Assembly (NCBI GenBank): GCA_012295275.1
Contig: CM022678.1
Location: forward strand, 4,898,001-4,962,000
DNA length: 64,000 bases
DNA from: Chrysomallon squamiferum
Lineage: Eukaryota; Animalia; Mollusca
Direction: 5' to 3'
Shown here: positions 42,605 through 57,249 of the stretch, piece after piece
Layout: each line of letters starts with the position of its first letter
Numbering within the stretch: position 1 is the stretch's first letter
The notes under the pieces: generated by a model
What the model was told of the DNA's origin: nothing
Database searches by the model: none
Seen by the model: only the letters and a program-made list of their open reading frames with translations
Program-made: the position numbers and the translations under genes

Positions 42605-43005
42605 TACACACATACACACACATACACACATATTCACAGATAGATAATCAAACAGACATACAGACAGACAGATTACAGTAATTAATCCCCCATCATTAGG
42701 AATGTGTTTGTATAGCATTGCAATAATAAAGGGAGAATGGTAAAACTTATTCTGTGTTCAGAAAGTAAGATATCAAGAAGTACAACCGATGTCAAATAAT
42801 ATAATATAAACAAAGGTGAATGCCCTGGAAAATAGAATATTGATTATTTTAAATCAAAGGGATGGTCATATCTTAGCTGCGATACATTGTTGTCTGATTA
42901 ACCTTTTCATTAGTTTGAAGGTCAGTTAAACATCTGGAAGAACATGGATGGGAGAACACCTGATTGAATATTGATTTTATAAAAAAGAAACAAAGAAAAA
43001 AAGAA

Positions 43006-43036
<31 letters not shown>

Positions 43037-43153
43037 AATAAAATAAAATAAAATAAAATAAAATAAAATAAGAGAAGAAAACCAGGAAAGCAAACAAAAA
43101 GAAAATTTAAATAAACTGTAACTCTAAGATTTACATATTAAATATCTTCAGCT

Positions 43154-43217
<64 letters not shown>

Positions 43218-44767
43218 GCCCAGGCGTATAACGATCAATATAGTGATCAACCTGAGTTGACAGCTACCTGGAATATAGACGCCAATGCTAAAAATATTGG
43301 TACAAGGATTATTTGAGATATCTGGTGATAGATCATATTATACACATTATCTTTTTTTCATGTTCACCTGTGTCTGTTTTTAATGAGTTTAAGTTATTTT
43401 CAAATAATCCGTTTGACTAACTAGTATCAAATAAAATACAGTAAAATACAATTAGAAAATTCAAATTAAACAGATTTATAATAATAACTGAAAAAGTAAA
43501 AAAATAATAAATAATAAACTGAATATTTCATTCCTACTGCATTTGGTTTGCATTTTTGAACAACAGATACATTTTATTTAATGAAAGAAATCGTAAAATT
43601 AATTGTTAAATACATCGAATGATTGGATTTTAAAATCGTTTTAGACTATTTGTGTTGTAATTTTTTACGCTTAAGTACAAAACGTTTGAGAAATCCTGGA
43701 CTTCTTCAGAGCTTTAATATTTTAATTGATTTTTCTATTTCTTTATTTTATTTTTTGTTTTTGTTTTCATAGCCACGTTTAAATCGAAAAGCACGCTTAT
43801 AACAGGTGTTAATCTAATTTCTCTCACGACATGCATTCCGATAAAAATATATTCCAGTCAGATACAGTACCACAAAAGTAGAAGAAAATAAATCTGGTTC
43901 ATAGATAATCAATATTTTAGAAGCTTGTCATCTATTTATTATTTTATGTCAGTCAGGGTTTCTGACAGCAGCATAGGAGGGTAGAATAGCCAATTAAGGA
44001 TGACCAGATGTCTCACATGTATCAGAATAACAGTAACAAAATTTACACCTGCACTATTGGCTTGTACCAGTGATTCGTATATGGATGATTTCCACACCAT
44101 GCAGCAAAATAAAAATAATGATGAACTGCTTCTCTACAAAATAGTTGGGTAGGCGGTAACTCATGACCACCAAGATCTCTTGACATAGGTATATCAAGAA
44201 AGTAAAATAAAAAATAAATAAATATAAAAAAAAGTAAAAGGAAAACAGAAAACGAAAATAAAAGAAGAAGATATTTCTGCGTCATGAGAAAGAGCACGGA
44301 AAATCAAACAATAAAAATAAAACCATAATTATGATGTTAACTTGAAAATGAAAGCCACTTTTTTGACAGTAGGCTAACATGTTTGTTGCAGGTACGCGAT
44401 TTTTATTACAATCTGCTGTGTACAGTAGAACTACAAATGAAAATCATCTATTTAAAGATTTTGATTTTTTTTTTTTAAATTTATTATTATTAGTTTAAAT
44501 CAGTTAATATATATAAAATGATTCACTAAGTCACACTCCTTCCTGGAGATTAATAAAAATATTTTTAACAACTACTGATCTTGAAAGTGATAACACACAA
44601 AAACCGTCCCTTTCTCCCTTTCTTCTCAGAAAGAAATATATATATATATATTTTAAACTAGTAATTTAGTTAGCATGATCACATATCTATATAAAGCTCT
44701 AATCGCACACCTACCTAACAAATAAATTAGTAGTAAGTGATACCATAAGTGCTTAAGATTTGAAACC

Positions 44768-45138
44768 GTTTACCAACGACAAAAATGGAAAAACATGGGT
44801 GTCTTTCTGAACAAGTATCTGACTGTTCACAAAATGAAAGCATTTATGGGAAACATATACGTGAAAGCAAGTAATGTAAAGATTAAACCGGGACATGTTT
44901 ATGTTGAACTTTTAAATTCTGTTTATAGAAATAATGATGTAGTTGATAATGAAATCGTCAGGCTCACGTGAGTGTCAGTACTGAAGAAGTCCAGTCTGCT
45001 GAACTGAAGATCAAAGATGAACTTTTCTGGCGTTTCATGGTCGTCACGACACAAGGAAATGTCGACATCTCACAGGCACGTCTACAACGACGGATACTTC
45101 TCTGTAAAACAAAGTCTCAAGTGATTTGTCAATACTGA
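44768..45138 (+). pseudogene. Inverted decayed fragment of the four-repeat family (parts of repeats 3 and 4)
   Basis: Translates to FTNDKNG..HKMKAFMGNIYVKASNVKIKPGHVYVELLNSVY and SVSTEEVQSAELKIKDELFWRFMVVTTQGNVDISQ..NDGYFSVKQSLK*FVN. Has deletions, frameshifts and TGG>TGA. Confidence 0.85.
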
Positions 45139-45360
45139 CTGCTATAAAGTATGTTTTGAAAACAGCAATAAAGTAGTACAAATATTTCTTTTCCGTCATT
45201 TTTTAATCGAAGAATTATTTGTATAGTATTTGTCATATTTTTATTTTATTTATTTATTTATTTTTTATTAAAAGAAAAATTTACAAAAGCAAAAACAACA
45301 AAAAACACAAGCACAAAAAAGAACAATAAACGAACAAACGAACAAACCAACACAGATATC

Positions 45361-45426
<66 letters not shown>

Positions 45427-45734
45427 AATAAATAAATAAATGATAAACAATGAACATGCATCGACAGAGTTAAATGACAGTTTGATTACCTGCTAAAATA
45501 CGGGGGTGTCGGCATAGAAAAAAAAAATAATTAAAAACATTTTTTAAGAAAAAAAACGAAAAAAATGCCGTATTTCTTGCCCCCTCACACTAAATAAATA
45601 AAGACATAAAATAAAATTACTGCTGACACTTACGCTAATTTTATTCCACGTTTTCGAAGATTGATTCAGGCAGTGCATCTTCTGTGGTAACCATTTATAA
45701 TTAGAAACAAACATCACATTTTAGTTTGTCGTGA

Positions 45735-45783
<49 letters not shown>

Positions 45784-46093
45784 TATATACATATTCATAA
45801 CAAATTAAAACTTAGAACTGAAATTTCCTCTATTTTTATATAAATGTCATGGCGTCTGGTACTTCTTAAATAACCAATTAGAATTTAACACATAATTCCT
45901 CTCTAATTTTCTTCGACATTTTCCGTAAATACAACAGAAGGTCAAAACTAAAGACGATGATAATGAAGACAACAATACAATTATTAAAAATAGATAAAAT
46001 TAATTAATTTAACAATAAATATTCAAGTTTAGACTCTATTATTATTATTATTATTATTATTATTACTGTTGTTGTTGTTGTTTTAACTTAAAA

Positions 46094-46127
<34 letters not shown>

Positions 46128-46447
46128 TAATAATAGTTAATAAAAATAACAAAAGCAAAATCACTCTCAAATTTCCATCGTCGGGCACAGACACATACGC
46201 AAACACATATATATACACACACAAACCCAGACACAGACACACACACTCACAAAAAAATAAAAAATAAAAACAATAAAATAAAAATAAAATAAAATAAAAC
46301 CAATAAAATAAAAAAAATAAAAAAATAAATAAAAGTAACGTAAAAAACATAAATGGTTTTATTCGTGGAAAAAAGTAAATGAAAATTTTAAAAGAAAATA
46401 AGCTGTGGTACTTGTTTATTACATCATTTTTACTTTCGTTATTAGTT

Positions 46448-46506
<59 letters not shown>

Positions 46507-47570
46507 TAACACTTTTTATTTGATACATATATACATGCATTCATTACATATAAATATATGTACATATTAATTTATTTTCAGTAGTCCTAGTAGTATACTT
46601 TTGACCTGCCGCTGTATCTACGGAAATTAGGGAAGACGATCTGAGCTTTATCACCCGTTAAATTTTGATTAGTTATTACAAATGTGTAAGCTGCTATGAC
46701 ATTGCAACAAAAAGAACCTTATTTTGCCAATTCTAAAAGGTAAGAAATTTATGTTTTCTTATGGTGTACAAAAACAGTTTATGTATATAAAGCCAAAATA
46801 AAAGTCGTTTCTCTTTGAAATTGGTTTGCAGAAACGATGCATCACTCAAACTAATTTTCGTAAATTTTTGTAAACATCATCACGACAGTGTTGAGTATCA
46901 GCATATTTTTTTATTTTAATTTTTTTTTATGTGTTTGTTCATGTGGTGTGATGGGTACAGTGCTGCTGTATTATAGCAAATAAAAATGTTCAGTTGTCGA
47001 AAAGTTGACACTGTCGGTGACAAGAATGAAGCATAGTTCGAGGGAAGTAATTCCACAATTTTTATTAGTACGTATTGTTTAAGTGTTTATTTCAATTTAT
47101 ATATCAGTCTGTCCCACAACTACTGATAGAAGTCCATTCACTAAATGATTCTCATTTTTTCTATCTATCTATCTATCTGAATATTTATTTATATATTATT
47201 TTATTTTATTTCTAAATTTGTAAAATTTGAGAGAAAACAAATCATCATATATTGCAAATTTAAATGCTTTTTTTGTTTTTTTTTTCTTTTTTTTTTCGTT
47301 ACTAACTGCTTACTAGTGTAAAGGAAATTGATGGACCTATGCCATATGATGTTAGAAAGTAGAAAAAAGAAAAATGTTAACTGACAGTTTGATTACATAA
47401 TACAGTTTAAAATGTTTTATATTTATTCAAGCCGTAACTGTTTTTCAGTTTGCTTATTTCCATTTGTAACTGTTCAATACAGACACTGTGTCTGCCTTTC
47501 CTGTTTCTGTAGTTTATGTCAATTAATTAGTAATAACGGTAGTACTTTATTAAAAACACATATTATTTTG

Positions 47571-47618
<48 letters not shown>

Positions 47619-48094
47619 CTTTTTTCTTTTTCTTTTTGTTATTTTTGTTATTTTTTGTTTTTGTATTTCTTTCTCATGGTTGTTGCTTTCTTTCGATTGT
47701 ATTAGGTTGTTTTTCTATTTTATTTCCAATTGCCTTTTGTGTTGGGTCATTAGGATTATTATTACTGTTACTGTTGTTGTTGTTGTTGTAAATTTAACTA
47801 AGCATAATATTAATCAAAATCCATTCTGAATACTATTACTACTACTACTATCACAATCACCACCTCTGTTACTTCTGTATATTGTATCTCACATATTTTA
47901 CTTTTAGCTATTTTCATTATTATTATTATTATTTGAGATTTTTTTTGGATGCTTATTTATTTATTTTTTATTATTATTATTATTTTTTTACTTTTTCTAT
48001 TAAAAAGTTCCAATACAACTTAGAAAATAGGTTACTGTTTTTAACTCAATTGATTTCCTTTAACTTGTTTTAGAATTAATGTCTATGCCTTTCC

Positions 48095-48266
48095 CTACAT
48101 CTGATAGATGTTGACATTTCCTTTGGTCATGATGATCGTGAAATGCCAGAAAGGTTCATCTTTGGTCTTAAATTCGGCAAACCCAACTTCTTCACTAATA
48201 ACATATTGAAGTAAGTCAGTAGAAACTTTGACAGAATGATAAACCTAAAGGTTATTTCCTTGAATA
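48095..48266 (-). pseudogene. Decayed fragment of repeat 4 of the four-repeat family
   Basis: Translates IQGNNL*VYHSVKVSTDLLQYVISEEVGFAEFKTKDEPFWHFTIIMTKGNVNIYQM*, versus paralog [57 protein letters not shown]. Confidence 0.8.
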
Positions 48267-49616
48267 CATTACATCCTTTATGTACATATTGACATTAACT
48301 TGACAATTCCATGATCAGCTACATTATGTTGAAACTGATAAATCAAAAGCTTACAGTTATCTTAAATCTTAACTCTGCAAAGTTACATGTGTCGCGTTTT
48401 AATAAACTCTGTCGTTTTTATTGATTCTGTTATTTGAAAACAATGAAACGGAAAAATCTGGGAGCATGAGATAAAGGTAGTAATTTTCTTTCGGAACCGT
48501 AATTTGAGGGTGAACTGAAAAACAAGTATAATACAAACAATTGCTTGTACGAAATGACGACACAAAATATTAATCTTCGTATTTATAAATGTTTATCCGG
48601 TTTTTAATACAATATTAAATTTTGAATTTTTATGCTGTTATTCGATGACGTATTTAATTCCAAAAACTCTTGGTAATATTTCTGTTGTATGTTCTCGCTG
48701 ACGGGTAATCGACTATGTCACAGCAATGTAGTTTTGAAGTTAATGACAGAATACAAAATGATCGGTTATTGCTTCCTAAAATATAATTATCGGCAGGGAA
48801 ACCAACCAACAAACCAACCAACCAACCAACCAACCAACCAACAAACAAACAAACAAATAAATAAAAAACTAGACAAAAATTACACATTTTCTTTCAATGA
48901 AAAAGAAAAATGCACGAAAGTGAAGACAAACCGAAAAAGTTCCATGTTAAAAAATTTGTAGCGATCATTGAAATTTCATGCGCAATAATTTAGCCATGCA
49001 CCGTCTGCTACATTGGCCTCGATTACACAGGCATCGTGAGTAGCAGCAAATTTCAGAGGAATCGAAATGCATCCCAACAAAACGCCGGATGGGCTAATTT
49101 ATAAATATGACAGTCGCCGCTTCGGATTGCATCTATTTTGTTTAATGACAAAACACGTGAACTGCTGACACCAAACGTGCAAAACTATGACATGACAGCC
49201 AGTCTAAATATACTGGTGGCGGATACTGCTGCCGTTGATAACAAATGGCGGGCGAACTCGTCGTAAGCCGTAAGTGATGGGGGACCCGCCATCTCTTAGA
49301 GTAGTTAGCAAGACCTCTGTATATATATATATAACCCTTTTAGTAAATGTATCGTGAATCAATGAGGCAAAATAGGGAAAAGCTGTGATATCAACGTGCA
49401 AAGTTTCTAGTTAAAAAAATATGCTCTTTATGACTTGCCATACATCGTATAGAAATTTATTTTATGACGACAAGATTGTGTCGTAAAGCCTGCTCTTTTG
49501 GGAATACCGTATTTATTCGCGTATAATATGCAGCTTTCTTATAATTATTTATATTATTTATGTTATATTCAAATAGCAGGGTCAAAAAAAAAAAGAAAAA
49601 AAAAGAAAGAAAAAAG

Positions 49617-49685
<69 letters not shown>

Positions 49686-49726
49686 TACTGTTTTATTTTT
49701 TGACCCAGCTATTTCAATATATTTTG

Positions 49727-49757
<31 letters not shown>

Positions 49758-52700
49758 ACACTCTGTCGATCTTATTCCGATATTGCCTGCCTCTGCAATA
49801 TCCATGGCTAAAATGATATTAAGGCTAGAATGCAGACGTCAGTGCTATGAAAGTTGGTACGATTATTATTTGAGATCCTGTGTCAGTTTTGAATGAATAT
49901 AAGTTATTCAAATAATCCGTTTGACTAACTAGTAAAATACTACTACAAAATACAAACTAAACCGTAATTTGGTAAAAGAAACAAGGAAATGGTATTTATT
50001 GTGTCTATGTCAGTGCTTTTATTTATTTACTTTTTAAATCTTTACTACTACTACTACTACTACTACTACCATTATTATTATTATTATTGTTATTATTCTT
50101 TTTTTTTTTTACTTGACACATACATGCATACATTCATTACATATAAAAAATATATATATATATATTTCAAATTATTTTCAATGTTATTACTAGTAGTATA
50201 GTTAATATTTGTTTCTTGTTTACTTCTGATCTGCCGCTGTATCTTCGGGTTAATATTTAAGTGTTAAGATGTTATTAACTGCAAAGATTTCAGCCTTCAA
50301 TAAATTCTTGGGCTGTGGCTATTAGGGAAACCGCTCAGTATGACCGCTGACAAGTAATGATCCCGTGAACCACTACGCCATAGTTATCTCGTTTTGACAT
50401 GAGAACCATGTGTGAAGTTAATTTCGTTCAACGTGGCCTGTTCTGCGAAAATTATTTAAAAAAAAATATATATATACATATAAAAAGACCACCTTTATGT
50501 GAGCAAACCATTTGACATTTACTGTGCACAGTCTGATAATTGAAAAACAGAGCGCAAATGTTTAGTGCTACTGGACTATGTGCAAAAAGTTCAAAATCTC
50601 ATCGAATTTTCTCTCAGCGGTATCTCTGCAAATGTTTCCTTTATCTTGGTGTCTCTGCTATATAAATTAAACAAAGTTTAGAATCACCTGTCTAAAGAAA
50701 CACGTATCTATCCGTTTATTCAACGTTGATCACAATATTCTGGTATTCTAGTTTTTAATTATTAGTAATACGCGTTCCATTTTGACATTGGCAGTAACGT
50801 AGTTAAGATAGAGAAAACACGGAACGTGCTATGGAGTCATTAAGAAAATAAAAAATAAAAAATAAAAATAACAACCATAATGGCCGCCCGAAAAAAGTAA
50901 GAAAACTCCTACAAAACAACAGTAACAAGCACAAAACAACAATAACAACAGCAATAAATAGCACAAAGAAACCAACAAAACCGCGAAAACAAAATATTAA
51001 AGAATATACAAACAAACAAACAAACAAACAAACCAAGAAATAAAATAAATAAATGTCAAAATATATAAAAAAAAAGGTAGGATACTCGATTCCTCTGCCC
51101 GAAGTCGCAGACTCTTTCATTAATTACCAAATTTAAAGAGTCATTAAAAAGTTTTAAAAAGAGCAAGAAAAAAAAAACAACAACAAAAAACAACAACAAC
51201 GGAATAGAAGAAAAAACAGCAACGAAAAAAAAACAAACAAACAAACAAAAAAACACCGCCCCATACACTATTAAGTTGCAAAAAGGGGTTAGGGACAGCT
51301 GGTTTTGTTTTCTTTCTTTCTATGCATTAACCACCTTAATACATTACCTCGTTCACATTAATATAAGGTAAATAAAACGAGTCCGATTTCTTCAGTTTCT
51401 CTCGTGACGTCATTTCCTGCAGACATCTCTACAAATATGCTTTACTGACTTGATCAACATTACGCTTTCTTTAAATAAAATGTTACCTAGTGTCAAAAGG
51501 GTTAATTACGGATTCGGAAGATTTCTAAATGGTTGATTATGAACTGTCAGATGTTTCTTTAATTTATTTCCACAACACTAAATCTGTTTGACAGTTATCT
51601 GAAGTTAACCTTATCAGCACAGACCGTGGAGAAACAAATGAATTTTACATCTGTTATAGGCTTGATAACTGAACGTTTGCGTACTGAAAAGTCGATAACT
51701 GTAAAGTTATATGTCCCTCGTTATAATAAACTGTCGGTTTTTGTTATTTGAAAACAGTGAAATAGAAAACGAAACCTGAGAGGATGAAATATGGGTAGTA
51801 ATTTTGCTACGTAGCCGTAATTTGAGTGTCAACTGAAAAATACGTAACATACAGATAATTAATTACCTGTACGAAATGACGTCATTAAAGACAAATATCG
51901 TATTTATTTTAATATTTTACTTTATTTTAGCAAGAGATGAGAAAAAGCTGTGAGGATGAAGCATTAGTAGTAATTTTACCTCAAAGCTGTAATCTGAGTG
52001 TCAAATAAAAAAAGAGAAAAGTATAATACAAAGAATTGCTTGTACGAAATGACGTCACAAAATACCAACCTTCATACTTATAAATGTTAATCCCGTTTTC
52101 AATGCAATATTAAGTTTTGAATTCTGATGCGGTTATTCGATGAAGTATTTGATTCCAAAAAGGATGGAACTCTTGGTGTTATGTCTGTTGTATTTTCGTT
52201 GACCAATAATCGACTGTTGTGGCCAAGTTCTTTCGAAGTTAATGTCAGATACAATAATGATCAGTTATTCGTTCCTAAGATATAATTCTCTGCATCGAGG
52301 GCAAAAACAAAATAAATAAATAAATAATAAATAAATAAATAAGTAAATAAATAAATAAAAAATAAATAAGTAAAATAAAATACAATAAAAAATAAAATAA
52401 AATAAAATAACTAAATAAATAAATAAACTAGATAAAGTTACATATTTTCGGTCAATTGAATCTTCTTTCTCACAAAATGTAAAATAAAAAATACGCTAGA
52501 TTGAAGACAAACTGAACATTTTATTTTGTCGCTATAGGCTATATAAACAACATCGTATAAAAAAATTAAATAAAATATATGTATATATATCAAAACCCCA
52601 CAGCACATATCAGTATATCTATATATGCACCTACCTCTGTCTCTATATGTGAGTGCATGTATCTATGTATGTATATATGTATAGTCCATAAGACAGGCTG

Positions 52701-52859
52701 CATTTGGTTACCAAACTGGGGAACAGAACCAGTGCATATTTTTTTATTAATGTGATACCTGAGGTATCTGGAATCAGTTCACGGAAGTTTAGCATTGATA
52801 GCGTTGTACTGTTCTTGTTGTTATAACATTCAAGCATGCAGTTTGTTCGTAATTATGTA

Positions 52860-52937
<78 letters not shown>

Positions 52938-53564
52938 TTATATATATATATATTTAGCAATATCAATAAAATTAACAGGTGAAAAAGTAGTTTTTCGACT
53001 GTCTTTACGAAATCCTCTACACGCTTTCCTTTATTGTAAATTAAAGGTAAATTTTCTTTGTGAATCAGTCTGAGGTATCCAAGAAAATAATTATATTAAG
53101 TTCTTCTGGCATTTCGGAATATTTAACATCGTTTGTCTTTTTAAGAAGAGCGAATAAAAATGAAATAATAAAAGCTGTTAGACTCAGTATAAAGTTTGGA
53201 ACGGCTTAGTTCAGTCTTTCTACTTTCCGCCGAAAACAGCCTATGTACTTTTGAATGATTAAATATTATCTGAAACACTTTAAATGTTATCTGAAAGGGA
53301 AAATCGTCAACAGAAAACTTTCATTTTCGAAATCATAAAACTGAATATACATTACCTTCAGCAGAAAAAAAGGAAACAGTAATATTCAAAAGCCATGTGT
53401 CATACTACAACTACAACAACTACTACTACAATACTACTACTACTACTAATAATAATAATGGGAAAAAAGAAGAACAAGAACGACTTTAGTTTGCTTTATT
53501 CTTGTGTGTGTGCGTGCGACTGTGTGTGTGCGTGTCTGTGTGCGAGTGTGGAAATGTTCAAAAG

Positions 53565-55523
53565 TCAATAGTTGACAAACCATTTGATGGCATATTTAAC
53601 AGAAAAGTGACCGTCGTTTCTGCTTACTCCTATACCTCTCTGAGAGACGTCGACATCACCTTGTGTAGTGACGATCATGTATTTCCAGAAAGCATCTTCC
53701 TTTATTTTGAACTCCTTTGATCCCACTTCTTCAGTACTGACACTCTGAAGTAACTCGGCAGAAACTTCTCCAGAAGGACCTAACTCCAGATTACTTGTCT
53801 TAAAGACCGTCCACTCCTGAGTCGTACATTCATATGAGCTGCCGTGTCTTCCACGTGATCCTCCGTGTCTTTGCCACAGCCATCCACCATGTCCGCCCAT
53901 TTCCCACAAAGCAACATGTCTTTTCCTCGGAGTGTTTGAAGCTGGTTTGCTGGAATCAATCTGAAGAGCCACACGTACCTCTGCACCATTTTCAACAGCG
54001 GTTCTCAACTCGGATTTCGATCCAGTTACTACATCGCCGTTTTTGTTTGTTGACAAAACCACTGTCCATGGTTTTGTATCCACAAACCATTTGATTGTTT
54101 TCTTTTCCGTTTCTTCACCAGCAGAAGTACCGTTTAATAACCAGTAACTGAGTGACGCCACTGTTCCTGTCGTATGCGCCATCTGCCAGTCCCAAAATCC
54201 TCTGTATGTGCCATCGACTTTTTCAGAATAGAGATGATTCAAAAGCTGAGCAGATATCTGTCCCGATTTTGTCCTGACGTTGTCTGCCTCAATCGAGAAG
54301 TTTCCCATAACAACCTTTACCCTGTGTCCATGTCTAACGGCAGAAATCAGTTCAGAAAGAGACCCATCTACTCCATCACCATTTTCATCATTCGTAAAGA
54401 GGTGTTTCCAGCAGGAGTCGGCGTACCATCTCCCAGTCAGAGCCAATTTGACTTGAATAATATACGTCTGACCGGGAAAATAAGTGTTCTTTACAGTCTG
54501 TCCGCTTGTGTAGACGTCCATAAATTTCCAATCTGGACTTTGACTGATCATTACGTCCCAGATAAATTGTCCTACAACGATTCCATCTTCGTTAATTTTT
54601 ATATTTCGACATGGTTCCGTGAACATATTGACCCACGTTTCTGTGACGTCGTGTCCAGATACTACTGATGAGATAAGCGAATCTAATGAGCCGTTAGTTA
54701 CTGCCCCGTTTCGATCATGTTCCAGAAGCAGCGAAACGCACGATGCCTTCTTAACAAACCACTGGATTCCTGCTTCGTATTCCGTGTTGCTTATTTCCGT
54801 GAAGTTGTTCACGTTGTACCTGGTTTCCAATATCCTTCCGTTTGTGGATAATATTAAGAGGCGGTGATACGGTTCTTCTTCAAATGTTTTCCAGCTGGAC
54901 TTACTTACGTATGACGTTGAAGCAAAGTAGATAAAATCAGAGATGGGAAAAGTAATGTCACAGTTACCAATGAAGCCTTCTTTTCCTAATGATGGAATTA
55001 GATATCTGACAGGTTCAGCCCGTTTCACAGCAGCCAAGAGCTCGTCAAAGCTGCCAGAAACGGTTTCTCCTTTGTCATCGTTCTCATAAACCTTACGCCA
55101 TCGACTGTCGCAGAAATCTGGAAGGTGAAAATTCATTAGCTAACATAATAAAATGGGCGCCGTTTGATGGAGAGGAAAACATCCTCAGACAAAATCGAAG
55201 CTTGTGTCCACAAGTGATGTAATAAAAAAAAATTTAATTAATTTTTTTGTTCTATAATTTCAAGTTATTATATTATTATGTTGTGGAATCTGTCGTCATC
55301 GCTAATGACAAAGTAGGACAGTAAAATAATACTATTACAATCTAACATGGTTTTATATGAGTTACAGTTAAAGAGTATGAACTATAAAAGCATAGCAAAT
55401 ATTAAAATGAGAAAGAAGAGAAATCATGATATGCTTACCACATTGTTCTGCAGTTGCTGTTGTAGTTGTGAGTATAAGTAGCAGAAGGTTCGCTAAGAGT
55501 GGTAGATTTGAAAAAGGCTTCAT
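53565..55523 (-). CDS. Uncharacterised secreted four-repeat protein, paralog B (about 545 aa)
   Basis: Signal-peptide exon 55523-55439 (MKPFSNLPLLANLLLLILTTTTATAEQC) plus main exon 55117-53565. Colinear with paralog A, same length and splice phases. Confidence 0.88.
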
Positions 55524-55544
55524 AATGAACTCAGTCTAAAATAG

Positions 55545-55578
<34 letters not shown>

Positions 55579-55632
55579 TACTACTACTGCTACTAGTACT
55601 ACTTTGGAAAAATAATATTATTCTGCCTAAGT

Positions 55633-55716
<84 letters not shown>

Positions 55717-55815
55717 TTAATAAAAAACACCTAAATAAATAAATAAAATAAAATAAAATATTCAGTAAACAATTTCAGTTCTGAACACTGTTGATGATAT
55801 ATGAATTGGACTTAC

Positions 55816-55885
55816 CCGTGACTAGCTCACTATTCATGAGATTCTCTTCAAATGTGATAAATTCACTGACTGACTTAAATTTATA
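55816..55885 (-). promoter_or_regulatory. Putative TATA box and short non-coding exon 1 of paralog B
   Basis: TATAAA at 55885-55880 and a GTAAGT donor from 55815, near-identical to the paralog A block. Confidence 0.6.
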
Positions 55886-57194
55886 CCAATATTTAAATCA
55901 GCTGAACATTTTTTTTTTTTTTTTTTTTGTTCTGTGCTAAATCACAGCTTGTAGTCGCAACATTTGGTTTCGGTCAAATGATTTTATGTTTGAAAACAAA
56001 TTATTTCTGTTTATAAATCAATAAAAACGGACACACTAACTTTCGTACATTTCAAATTTATTATCAACCTTTCTTAGTAATAAAGAGTTTCAAAATAATA
56101 AACAGCCTTGGTTATTATTATTATTATTATTATTTTTTTGTTTTTGTTTGTCCCAGATATTATAATGTAATTTTTATTTATTTATTTATTTATTTCTGAT
56201 GTGATTAACACGTAGATTCTCTAATCACTGGACTGATCTGATTCCCATATTGCCTGACTCTGCAATCTCCGCATCCGAAATCATACTAAGGAAAAATCGG
56301 GCTTATTACACACGTATAGATAGACAGACAGATAGATAGATAGATGGATGGATGGATAGATGGATGGATGGATGGATGGATGGATAGGTAGATAGATAGA
56401 CGGATTGCAGTAATTAATCTCCCATAATTAAGAGGTATAACATTGCAGTAACAAAGGGAGAATGATAAAGAATTATTCTGTATTCAGAAAGTAAGATATC
56501 AAGAAGAACAAACGATATAAAATGAACACGTGGACTCACTGGATAACAGAACATTGATTATTCCTAAATCAAAAAGCCATGAACTTATTTTACTCGAGAC
56601 AGATTGCTGTTCAATTAACCTTTTTTATATTTGTGAGCGATTCTGTTCACCTTTTGAACGTGAGTTATAACGTGGCTGGGAGAACACCTGATCAAATATT
56701 GATTTTATGACAAATGTCGAACAAGGACTCTTTAGAATTTCAAGTACAGAAACTTTATCAAACACGCTGAGGAATCTGTTTCGTAAATAAATAAATAAGA
56801 ATGAAACAAATAAAATAAAATAAGAAAATAAGCAAAACGAGATTTTAAATACATACTAAACATGTTTGGTTTTTTTTTTTTTTTTTTTTGCCCCCCTCCC
56901 TCACCGGTCTTAAAACAATCAGAATATTGAACTACCTGATTTGACAACTTTTTAGTATGCAGACGTCAATGCTATGAAAGTTGGTACGATTTTTATTTGA
57001 GATACCTGGTGACAGATCATATTACACATATTATCTGGCATTCATGTTCACCAGGGTCAGCTCTGAATGAATTTAGCTTATTTTCAAATAATCCGTTTGA
57101 TTAACTAATATAAAGTAAAATAAAGTAAAATAGGATTACGAAATACAAACTAAAAGAAGGAGATTAGTGAGCATGAAAAAACAAACAAACAAAC

Positions 57195-57249
<55 letters not shown>

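Noticed and set aside
44043-44297. Possible exon of another gene (complex sequence, ORF ..DLGGHELPPTQLFC..)
   Set aside because: No recognisable homology, no convincing splice-site pair and no partner exons.
51320-51504. piggyBac-like end (..aaagggTTAA)
   Set aside because: No matching left terminal inverted repeat was found.
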